From Phoronis australis (lineage: Eukaryota > Animalia > Phoronida), in assembly GCA_002633005.1 (NCBI GenBank), contig NMRA01000123.1:770656-834655 (forward strand): a stretch of 64,000 bases of DNA. The letters run 5' to 3'. Under the pieces are notes generated by a model. It was not told the origin of the DNA, made no database searches, and was given only the letters and a program-made list of their open reading frames with translations. Positions 1 to 12,700 of this stretch are shown in pieces; within the stretch, counting starts at the first letter, position 1; the number at the start of each line of letters is the position of its first letter. Position numbers and translations under genes: made by a program.

Positions 1-770
1 TACACAGGACTTACATGCTTTTGCTCGCTTTTGTGAAAAATCATCGTGCACTCGATAAAAAACAAAACATGGATTGAGACACCTGAGTTTTTGTCTGACC
101 ACCATCACATTGCAGCCTAAGAATCAAGGCGATGTGAAACTTGATGCCTAGTCATTTCACAATAGTTTTCTTAACAATGGGAAAAACAATAATTCAGTGT
201 TGAATTTATCTTTTCTTATCGACATTTTAATGATGTCTAGAATATTTTGCTAGCAGCAAGCTTTAATCCTCTCACACCCTAGTTGACTGTAACACAAGAA
301 GTACTAAAGGGTGCAACCAAGGATAACACATTACGTGTATGGTTTGTCCAAAATAGATCCATGTTACCAAGTACTATCTTGTTATCAACTAGTGGTGGAA
401 ATCCCTCCACTTTGAACAAATGAGCCAAAGAAAGGTTTTGTCGACTCATTAAATCCTGTTAAAGATCACATGTCTACAACAACCCACCACTCGCGCAGCA
501 AAAAACGCCAACAAAAACAATATAACTTACAGCAAGCTGTACTGAATTCCTAACGAGGTATAATTGGAAACAGACCAGTGACTTTACCTTGTAACCAAAG
601 AGTGACTTTAACATGAAAACCAGTATCACCACAGAAGTCATCAAACACACAAGAACAAGATAACCCACACCACAGACCATAGGTATAAAAACATCAAAAC
701 AGTAATGAGAAATTCCACAAAGAAAACAGAACAAGAAAGAGAACAGAACTGAGGTAGAGTGCTTTTTCAC

Positions 771-3700
771 CTTCTCCACATCTGGTAAAGACACTGCAGT
801 GGTGTCCATAGTCGCCTCACATCTCTCCCCATTTCTTAGCACACCACCATCTGGTGAAGTAAGTTCCTGGTCAGGCGACGCGTCATCCGTTCCGCCGTTG
901 TCTCTCGAGCCTTCCTCACTGTCCCATGAATCGTCATCCATCTGCAACTGGAACCCCTTCTGTGGTTTTTGCACATCCACAGCTCCGCCATGATCTCCAC
1001 TTTCCTTTAATTCTTCCATTGCTTTTCTGGCATTGCCCCATTCATCGCTAGCCACTGCTTTAGCCTCAGTTTTATTCACTAGCTTTGTGTAAGTTTCCGA
1101 CAAGCCAGCAAAAACATCATCCTCGTCAAAGTCGTGCCCATCACCATCGTCAGCCATCGATTCCCCAGGCTTTTGCTCAGGCAGGTTTTCAACCTCAGAT
1201 TCTTCACTATCGAAATTTACAGAGTTGTCATTCTCGGGTTGCTTTTTGACACTGTCACCAGCAACAGGTGTTCTGTCATTGCCACCATCGTCACCATCAC
1301 CATGACCCTGTTCATCATCACTGTCGTCATCATACATGTGAGCACCATGGCCTTTACTAGCGCGGCTACTATCATTCTTGTTGCCTCCAATTGAGAATTC
1401 GCCGGCATCACTGTCCCAACCATCACTTTGGTCGTCACCACTGTCAACAGCATTTTCCTGCTAGTCAATAAGAGACATAAAGCAGGATAAACTAAGCGGA
1501 GTTCACTAATATTTACAGAAAGGTTCAGGACAGCAATAGCCACTAACCACTATACAACAGTACTGTACAATGTTTACAACATGCCCGGGGGATTCAATCA
1601 CATTATTAACAACACTGTCTTGTTACAAACAACACGCCAGACCACACATCAACCACAAAGCATTCACACACAATGCACATGGTGCATACATGTAAGTTAA
1701 GAGCACAATCTTAACACAGAACCAGGTTCATTGACTATAACACTACCGTATGTGGTGACACACCCAATTGGACAATGCGCACGCAGGAAACAGTGACTCA
1801 CCTTGTCAACCGCCTTTGAACTTGTATCCGGGAGGAGTGCATTCTCTACGTCGCTGTCCCAGTCATCAGACTATATTAAATAACCAGAAAACACCAAAAT
1901 TAGATAATCCACAAATCAAGCAATTATGCAATGTATAAACTGAAAGCAAGAACTCAAAGGTACTATGTAGAATAGGAGAACATTCAGAAATGGTAACCAT
2001 GCCATGTGAAATCCATTATTTTCAAGTCACAAGTTATCACAGAATATCTTTTAAGACCAATCTTAAATAACAAAAATGCACAGTGCCACGCACAAAAACA
2101 TTGTTCACATTCACAATGATCAGTTCAATAAGTGATAAACAGTGAATTTCAAAATCAAAGAACAAAACAACACATTCCAAAGAACAGATCAAGAATACCT
2201 GCAAAATAGAAATTACAAGATAATAGAAAATCCAGAAGTACTGAGTGACGCATAGAAGAAAACAGAAACAAAATTAATTTAAATTAAATACTAAAAGGTA
2301 GACTGGAAGCACACTTAACGCACAGAACGTTCTCAAAACAGATGTAGGACAGCTGGAAACAGGTGAACAATCAAGATGGACACAGTCAACAAGAAAGTCT
2401 GGAATTTAAAAAATCTAAACACAGAAAACAGCTCAGAAACATCACTCGCAGACAATATCAAACTTTACAAAGGAATCATCTCCGGCAAGAACAAAGAAAA
2501 TTCAATTTAAAAACAGGATACCAGGCAAAGCTCCACTTTCAAGTAAAATCCGAGACAAAATATTAAGTGAATGTTTCGAATGAATGATCTAAAACATCAA
2601 TCAGGCCAAACTGGTGCTAGGTTTCAATTATGTACTTTTTGAGAAGAGACGTAGTGATGAGAGGAGGCCAACCATGACTCGAAAATCTACTACTTGCCTT
2701 TGGAAATCGTTAATAATCAATTTTTGAAACAGACGCTGCTAAGTTGCAAGCCAATTTGTTAAAAAAATAAAGATACATTTGTGTAGCTATTGGAAAAACC
2801 ACTTCATTCAAAGTGATGCGGGTAGACCGTTCTTTTTGAAAGCGAGGTACATGATTGTACACATGGATTTTTTCTTCAAACAGTGAAGCATAGCTTTCAA
2901 ACTGAAAACCAGTCATGCTAATTTGGCCACATTTAATAGTGTTGCACATGTTCGGCTTTATATTAGACTTGAGAGCATAAACTTTGACCTCAGATTTGAC
3001 CAATAGCACAGTAGCTAGAGCTTTCCCTGCTTGCCAACAAGACACATCAACAGGTGATCACATCAAACTGCACACATCCCTGACCTTCTTGGGAGAACGG
3101 GCCTCAACCTCAGACTGGGGTGATAGGGGAGCAGGCAAAGGGGTGACGGTCTCAAGAGATTTGCCAAACTGAAAGCACAACAAACATCAAAACACCGTGA
3201 TATTTCACGTACACTACTACGGATTAAATGCTAGAATATGACGAGACTCTTAACTTCAGCAACTTATCAAAAATAAGTAAAACGTGGAACTGAAAGCTAT
3301 TTTGCAACACACAAGCAAATGCATATGGCTACTGAAGCTTGATGGAGAGAGTTTGAAGCAAGCTGCAATGGGAGACTCAAGGCTCACTATGTAGCACGGG
3401 TCCTTTTCCGAATGACTGAATAGAAAGTCGTTCACCTGCATGGGGGCACTTGTGAAATACGGTTCCAACATAAATAGTTGTAAATAGATTGCATTTGTTA
3501 AGTAGCAGTTGGTTCGCTAGCACTACTTTGTGATGTTGAAGCTCCTCTTTGCAAATAAGATCACAGGTGATGAATTAGTAGATTAAATTTTACTTTGCTC
3601 ACACTTACTAACATCGCATAACCTATGATTTAAGAAAATATATTTCAATCTTGAGAACAAGTAATTTATGATAAATTTTGTCCAACATCAATTCACTGTA

Positions 3701-6700
3701 ATTCTCATTTTTATACTTAATGTTTATAACAAACAAAAGCATTCTAGCTATTTGTAAAAATCACATGCCAGTGTCAACATTTCTGACCAGAGCCCCTAAC
3801 CCTGCATGTCTAACCTCTAGTGAGGGCTGCTGGGCTAGTGCTTCAGAATAGGCTTCAGCTAAGTTCTCATTTTCCTCGTCGTCTGAATCCCACTTGTCGC
3901 TGTCATCAGCGCCCTCTTCAGGCTGATCGGCAGACAATACATGGTACATTAAAACTACAGTAATGGTAGTCAGACAAGTCACCACAATGAAGGGTAGGGT
4001 AACAGGTGCTTATGAAATCAAGATTTCATTATTATACAGAACTTCATTGCTCAACATTTCAAAGAACTGACCAATTGCTAATAACAAAATATTAATTTGT
4101 AATTTCACTCGAGGCATTAGAATGAATAACAGGCTATTTAATTACCTTATAGATATATCTTATTTCTAACTTTGTACAGAATATAGAACAGCTCAAGTAG
4201 CGACACTAATTAGTACTCTTTCAAGAAAATATTTATCGTAATGTTAAAACTGTGCTAAAAGACTATAAAGATAACAGATAAGTAAGGTCATTAGTGCATT
4301 GAACTGATGAGTAACTACTCAGGAGAGACCCTAAGTGCACCCAAGTGATCGTCAATGGAGTGATAGAACATGAACAGTTTATGGCCAATATGGATAGTTT
4401 GAGTTCAGTACAAAGCTACCAGGCATAGGCGTCATAAGTAATACTCTGAGTACAACACACAAGCTTGCTAGTGCACATTGGACACAATCAGAGAAACACG
4501 TAGCACAAACAGGGTATTTAGAGCAAGAACACCTCACGGACGTCAGTTAAGTCTGTGAGCTGAAAAACACTTGCTGAGATGATAACTATTGAGAAAGAAA
4601 ATAAGACAAGCCGACAGAAAACCACCACCCTGGAAGAAAAGACAGAAATGCAAAAATGAGCGTGTTCTTAGAGATCATCTGCACACACACAAACACACAC
4701 ATACTACAGCTGTCACATAAAAGTCAAACCTCTTGGCCCACTGACGATCCTCGCTTCTTAGTCTCCACAGGTTTTGTAGCAGGTGGACTGCTTTCCTGCA
4801 AACGAATTCAACATTTCATGCGTCAAAAACGCGTCATAAAAGATACAACAGATTCCATGGTCATTCCTATGTATTCTCCACCTAGGAACCATTCCACCTG
4901 AGCCGTGGGTGAGAAATCTGGTCCCTAGGAGTCTATGGAGTTTGGTCAACAAATATCAATGGAATATTTTCAGCAAGAATGTTTAGAGTGTAGGGACCCA
5001 ATAAAAGAAGCAGTTTAGGTGTTTGCTGGTCAAAAACTGGACTCTAGAAAATTGTAAAAGCAGAGGCGAGGCCATGGAACCGTTTCCACCCACTGAAATA
5101 GAAGTGTGACAAACAAGATTCATTTTTGCAGTCTGTACTTTGGTAGTATCAACAAATGTCACCATAACCTGTAATGTTCAGCAGTGTCATTGCTTCACAC
5201 CTTTCGCAAATGTGATTTTTGTGAGTTAGCACAAAATATCCAAGAAAAATAATCACTAGAACAAGATCCCTAAACATTAGCTACAACATAGCATTGTAGG
5301 GCAAGAAGTCAAAGTGATGGGAGGACTACCATGCAGCATAATACCAGACTTTACCTTATTCCTCAATTGATCAAAAATTGATTTAATATAATAAAATTCA
5401 ATTATCATGCTGGTACAATTCAATACATCAAACACATTTCAACTAGACGAAACTTGTGAACAGCTCTGAACAATAGGCTCAAAGATGCACATTCTCTATA
5501 AAGAATTTAGTGAGGCTGCTAATAATTAAGTGAAAGAAAGTAAACAGGAAAAGAATTCATAGCTAGGGTACGTTGCATAGACCCAAGAACATAGCGAAAA
5601 ACGTAGGCTCACAAGACATCGCCATCCATTACAAGCAAAGCACGAGCACAACAGTTTTTCTAGCGAGTGCCTTGGATCTATGGAACGCAGTCCCATTCAA
5701 AACTTCAAAAAAGAATGACATGTGCCAGCATAAACAGCAACATAATTAAAGATGGTTCGAACAAAGAAAGAAAGAAATAGAAAGCCGACGTACACAACAA
5801 AAAACAGAACACAATGGAATGCAACTTTAACCTCAACTAACGAAGATGCCGCAACAAAGAACAAAACCCAATAAAGCAAACATTGCCATGTTTCAACAAC
5901 GATGTCATCACCTTGTGGCTGCTGCAGACGTCGAAATCTTCACGGAAGACGAGGGACGTCGACGAGACCATGGTGTAGGAGCTCTCGGTCTCACTCACAG
6001 GCTGGAGGCAGTAATTGGGGATGGAGAAGGCAGAGGGGGAATCAGACCTGTCTGACTTGGAAAACAGTCCCTCCTCCATCCAGCAAAGTTCTCGCTCAGA
6101 TGGTGAGCTGGAGCTAGATAAGCGACTATCATGAGAGGGGACAACACCTCCGTTAGGTCCTTCCCCTTTTTGGGAGGATGACCCGGGTGCGTTGTTGTTG
6201 ACTGATGATGACGAAATTGAACTGGATGAAGCACTGGCTGACTTATGATTGTAGTACGTCGTGGTTTCGTTTTGAATAAAGATGGTGCAAGTTTCCAAAA
6301 CCTCTGAACATTTGCTGCTTCCTATGGACGGAAGAAGTAAGGATTCGTCAAGCGCTAGGTGAGAGGAAGCAAAGTCTCTGGACTCGTCTCCTTGTAATGG
6401 ACTAGCAACCTTGGTTGGACTACTGCTGGACAAAGACGATGTAGGAGAAACAGGGGAAACAATAGTCATCTGATGGATCTTAATCTGTTGCTGCCCTTGA
6501 AGGATTTCAAAGGCAGTCTCTGAAGACTTAGACGTGGACAAATTATCACTCACACCACTGTCTGATGGATTACCTGCACCGCCTTCATCTCCAAGACTAC
6601 AGGCAACTTGAAGGAATGGGCCCACTTCCAGCGCACTGGCAATTTCTGACTCACGGTTTTTGTCCATAATAAGGCCTGATGTACATTCATTTATGAGCTC

Positions 6701-9700
6701 TGGGGAACACAAAGACTTCCTTGCATCACTGTGGGAGCTCCTCGTAGTTCTCTTAAAGTCTATGTTATGATCAGACGATGTATAATCAGCAATGCCAAGC
6801 ATCTGCGACGGGGGATAAGTGTTTTCCATCAACTGTCTGAATACTTCGTTTTTCATTTCTACCTTGTGCAACACTTTGCCGGGGAGGCGGTGACAGCCTG
6901 CATCTACTTCACTATACTGTGCAGAACCGGACACCCTTACTGCAGCGGTACCCACATCTTCATCATCCATCGCAATAGCAAAACTTCTAGATGAGCTAGA
7001 AGAATTTGAGAACGGCCTGGAAGTATCAAAAACAAGGGGAGAGCTGGAGTTTTTGTAAGCTGATGAGATGTCTTCGTCTAGTGACTCCTGTACAATCTTT
7101 CCATTAGAAGCATTACCATCAGGGCTATCATCTACTGTGTAGGTTCTTGAATCGACCAGGCCAGGTGATAGAACAACAGTCTTGGGACTTCGTGCCTTGT
7201 CATCACTACACTCGATATACTTTTCCAAGGTTCTTGGTAGGCTTATTCTCGAATCAACAACATTCTTCGCAACACTTGAAACTGGACATAGTGAGCACGA
7301 AACACTGTATAGAGGATCAAGTGGCAACGCATCTTGCACTTTTGAACTCGAACCAACCTTATCACTCATATGGTTACTGCTATGTATTGTTTGCACGTGT
7401 TCAGAAGGTGTTTCGTCTTGCCTATGTTCACAACAAACATCCAAGCTGCTGGTAGAAACACCTTGCAGCTTTTGCGGTGTCTTACCAGAAGTAACATATT
7501 TCACAGCTACTTCCTGGACTTTTTCAGAATGTAAAGTTGTACAATCTTCCTTAGAAGAGACAAAGTCACTTCCACTGTCAGTTACACTGATTGAAGGTAA
7601 TGGTTTAAAAACGCCATTATCACCAACAACATTTGAAATGGGGTGAAGCTCACATATACCTTCTGCGTGTCCAACATTAACATGGAACTGATCAGATTTC
7701 AAGTTCGCCGATACTAAATCTCCTGATATTGATTCACTTATGCTCTCGTTTAAAGGTGAAACGGTACCCTTGGTTGTCGAATCTACAGTTCCGTCAGAGA
7801 ACTGAGACTTTACGCCACACCTTTCATATATTATTTCTGAAGCTGATTTCAAAATGTATTCAGCAAGAGAGGAACCCTGTTCTTGTACATCTGTATCATC
7901 TACTGGCCGTCGCTGAGTAGTCATCAGCCATTCCATTATGTGGTTCACTTGTAGTGAAACATCAGAAATGACAAGCTCCGTGTCTGTTCCAAATAGGTCT
8001 CCCATTTTCAAACTTCTGAATACCTGAACTACAAATCTTTGCACAACATCCCTAATTGACGCTTGAGCTCCAAAGGATAGGGAAGGATCACAGTGGGCAG
8101 AAGATTCAGTGGGCTTGCTACTGATGTCTCTAGAGGTACTTTGTAATGACGTGATTGACTTAACATCAGATGTTTTCAAATCCCCGATTCTAAGCAGTGT
8201 CAGACTAACAGCATCAGAGAAGCTGTCTGACTGTTGATCAAAGGCAGACGTTGGGCTTGGATGTAAGCCTGCCTGCACACAGGCATTGAAGATAGCCATG
8301 TGAACAAGATTGGACAACTCTGAGGATATTTCCTTTTTGAACACAGTCGGAATTGACGTCTCAGCGTTACCCAAGGTCGCCAGATTTCTGAGCACATCTG
8401 AGGTCAGTGAGGATATACTCTGGTCCAGAGCCTGGAGGTTCTTAGAGACGTTGCAGCTTAGTTCATAAGAGGTGTCGTTGCCAGATGGGGCCTTTCCGTC
8501 GATGAAGGACTCATTGGGTGATATTGGTGACGTGCTTTGTAGATGTTCCTCGTGAACAGGCTGTGCCAGCAATGATTTAGTGAGGGACTGATGAGAACAT
8601 GCTTCTTTTGGCTTGTTCAGCAAGTTTCTCCAGAAATCAAATGCATATTGGGTTGTCGACGTCATCAAAACTTCATTTTCATTTGGGCTACATTCAAACA
8701 GTGGCGGTGGTTCCTGAAATTGAGACAGTGTTGGGTCTTCTGTACAAAACGCACCCACATTTTCCGTAAAATGCTCTGTTAAACAAGGCATTCGAGCTGG
8801 TAAAGATGGAGTTTTGTCATCATAAAGAGTGATGTTCGTTGGCAATGGTGGAGGAGGCACTGATGGTGGAGGAAGAGATTTACTGGACGAACTTTGTTCA
8901 GATGGAGTTTCCTCATGATCATAAACTGCAGTTGGCAGGGATGGAGGATTCATAGCTGGAGGAGAAAGTGATTTAGTTAAAAAAATTTTGTCAATTTCAC
9001 CATAGGTCTCCAAATGTACAGCAGGAAGACACTCGCCAGCTAGCCATAAGCTAGATTCTTCTGGTGCACATGGCATGTCAATCTCCAAGGTATCCTTTTC
9101 CAAGACTTCTTTACAACAACCCAAAGATGAAGTGTCACTTTGCGTCTTATCGTGTGAGTGAGCAAGGCGGGAATTTTTTTCTACCCGTGCACTCTCTATA
9201 CAATGACAAGGTAAGCAGGGTGGGGGAGGCAGGTCTTCATGGCATATTGGTACAGTTAAAAGACTTACAGGTGGTGATGGCAGAGACGGCGGTGATGGTG
9301 ACTCAGTACACACCAAGGTATGATCTGAGTTAATTTCAAATACCTTAACACTTTCTACCAATGGTAAAATGTTATCCAAGGATACAACCTCCTTGACCTC
9401 AACAGCCTGTACTTCGCTAACACCAGCAAAAGGGGTGAAACTGGCACCCTGTAGTAGAGGCTCAGCAGAGGCAGGAGGAGCAGGAAGAGACGAACTATCA
9501 GATGGCACCTCCAACACTTCGATCACTTCATCCACAGGTGGCACTGGTGGTGAAGGAGAATGGGATACAGAAACATCAAGCACCAAATCATTTTCGTCCA
9601 TTTGTAACATGTGACAAGCAGCAACCGGAGAAGAGATTTTAGATTCTTGACTAGAAGAGCTGTTGTCACAGGAATCATCCTTACTTGAAGAAAAAATATC

Positions 9701-12700
9701 AGAAGGGGGTGGTGGGAGCTCATCAGAGGCTAGTTGCCAGCACAGTTCTTCTGGAAGTGCTGGTAATGGAAGGTCGACTTCTTCCGATCTGTTCCCGTCC
9801 ATATCTTCTTCCACCAGCAATGGTGGCAGAGGTGGCCACAGCGCACTCGAGTCCACAAGAAAACAACCTGCTTCACAAGGAGGAGAGGGCAGGCTCCCAC
9901 CAGAGAGAGATTCAACGGCAGAACTCATAGTGGGAGGTGATGGAAGTGACTCGCTTGAACTACTGCAAACTTCACACGCCTTATATAAGCCACGGCAGAG
10001 AATTGGAGCCGACTCACTCTGTTTTTCAGGAGGTGGGAACCAAGATGGTCTGTTCTGTGGAGCCAATATGTGATCGGATGCAGTGTCGAAAACACCAACA
10101 TACCTAGATCGGTTACCAATGGCCAAAGGCGGGGAAATTTGCATGCATTCCGTTGCCTTGGCTTCGAATAGGCCAAGAAGTCGTTTGACACCAGAAGGTT
10201 TTTCAGTTTGAGTGACAAACTCACCTGAAGACAATTTTGGAGGAGACGGGAAGGAATCGTTCGACCAAGACTGTGTTATTTGAACATTATCTAAATGTGA
10301 ACCTTCGGCAGAGTGTGACAGTGCACTTAAACGATTCTTGACAAGGACACTGATTTTGGAGGTAAGCTCTTGAGAGCTGCTCGCAGTAGTATCAACACTG
10401 TTTACACCTCCATCCAAACAAACAATCTGATTTCCATGGAAAGATATTTCATTCAACACAGTCATTACAATATTTACAATTTTGGAAACATCCTCAGACA
10501 TTTGCTTACTAGACGAAACTTCAATTTCAGGATCTGCATTCTGCTTCAGCTCACGGCACACTTTGGATATTACTGACCTAAGAACAGATGTCGTGGCAAA
10601 AGCATCAGTTGTGGAGAAACCACTATCAGAATTTCCCTGCAAAGCAGAGGCTTGCAGCAGTGGAGTAATGGCATCAGTGACAGCGCTTACAACTTCTCCT
10701 ATGTCAAAATCTCTCCACATGAACTTAGGGTGGTCACCATCAGCCTCTGTACTGTCCGTGACAGGAAGTTTGGGAAAGCATTCTTCCTTTGAAGATTCTC
10801 GATTGGTGTCTTCAGATGAAGGTCCTCCGCTTGCAATAACTAAACACGCCGGACTCTCGTCCGAAGTCGAGAAATATCCTTTATTTGAGAAAGCCCATTC
10901 TTCCTTGTGGCATATGGCTGGAGCATGCGACCCTGATGAAGAATCACTGCAGCCACTTGTACATTTTGGTGGTGCAACACCAACACTAGTCAGGCTCCGG
11001 GAAGGTGAATCAAGAAGTGCATCACCTGAACTGCAAGCACTCATGGAGGTGACCAAGGAATATGATGACAAGGAGTTGGACTCAAAGCACTGCTCTCTAT
11101 CAGACGTCTGTCTGTCTAATTCAACGTCGATGCGTGGAGCACCACTTGGATGCTCACAACTTGGTACGGTCCTCTCGACATTCTCTCCCATCTCAACTGT
11201 GCTGGCCATTGAAGACAAAGAAATGGCATTGGTTGCGAAGTCTTCTGCCTTGCCAGAGGTTTTGAGATTGTTACTACCACACGCAGAAAAATAAGAAGTA
11301 CTGGCATCTGACAAAGGTGTCCTCTCAATGCACACTTCTGATACAGCACTTATTTGGTGGAGAGGCCGAGTCCAACTCTTCAGCCAATCCGGTGAGCTCT
11401 GAACATCTTCACGTAAGTCCTCATGCAAAGCAACACTTGCTGTGCAGGAGGTAATTGGCTGAAGGCCATATTGAGAGGTGCCGTCAATCAGGGAAAGCAT
11501 TGCAGACTCTACGTCCTCAGCAGCCTTGGTAAGTGAAGAGCTTTCATCTGATCCATCGCTGGCAGTGATATATGAACATGAAGAGGATGCCACGTCTTCT
11601 GTCATGTTTTGAGGTAAAGAACAAGCCACTTTGATTTCTTCAAAGCTCTTCAACACAGTGTATCCCTCAGCATATCGCGTCCTGTCATCTTTGTCATTCT
11701 TGCTGGGCAGAGCTTTGGTGTTTTCAGCACTTTTAGCCTCCCTCTCTCGTAGAATAGAACAAAGAGAACGATCGTGATTTTCCGATACAACATCAGTACT
11801 TTCCGACTGGAGCAAGTCAGTGACATGATGTTTGTATTCATCTGGTAGGTTTTCCTCAATGAAGGCTTCAACACTTTCTGACTGGAGCAGACTTTGATCT
11901 TGCCTTCCATAGGACAAAGCTTTGTGACTAGGCTCTGTTTCCTCTGGAGGAACTTCAATGCTTTCTGATTGAAGTAGGTTATTGTCGCTTTCATCTGATG
12001 ATGACACCTGGTCATCTGCCATAAGATGCCTTGATACACAATCAGCACTTTCAGACTGCAGCAAACTATGTCCCAACTTTTCGTAAACACAATCGTACAC
12101 TTCAGACACATGCCCGATACTTTCTGAAATAAGAGCATTGTCGTCATCACAATCAGATGGAGATGCTTCATCTTTAGTACTAAGACCACCACATAAAATT
12201 GGAGTACTTTCAGATTGTATCAAATGTCTATTGTATTCAATACTCTGCTTTTCTACAACACATGTGGCAAGATGGTTGTGGAGAGTACAACACCCATCTA
12301 CAGGACTGTCAGTGCCGGGTGACCTGTGTTCAGAAAAAATCTTTTCACATTCCACAGAGTTAAGAACTTTCTGAGGGTATGGGGAATTACCTTTCTCATA
12401 GTTCGGCAGAATCTCTCCTGGAATTTCGTCAAGCTCATGGCTAGTCAAATGAATCTGGGCAGGTAAATCAAGACAAGAATGGCATGATTTAGGTGACAAA
12501 GCATCACGGCACCTACTGGCATCTATTGACGACACACTGACACGCAATCTTCTCTCTTCTCTGCACAGAGACAAAGCATCAGCACAAATAGACAGGTCGC
12601 AACAGCTGCTGTTAGAAAATTCAGACAAATCACGTGACCGTTCTTCGTGTGATTCTATTGCCGATGTCTCACTCTTATATCTCTTCACGGGCCTGAGTAC

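Noticed and set aside
10482-11294. 270-aa plus-strand ORF and other ORFs overlapping 5837-13585
   Set aside because: These are antisense or alternate-frame shadows of the Ser-rich giant ORF.
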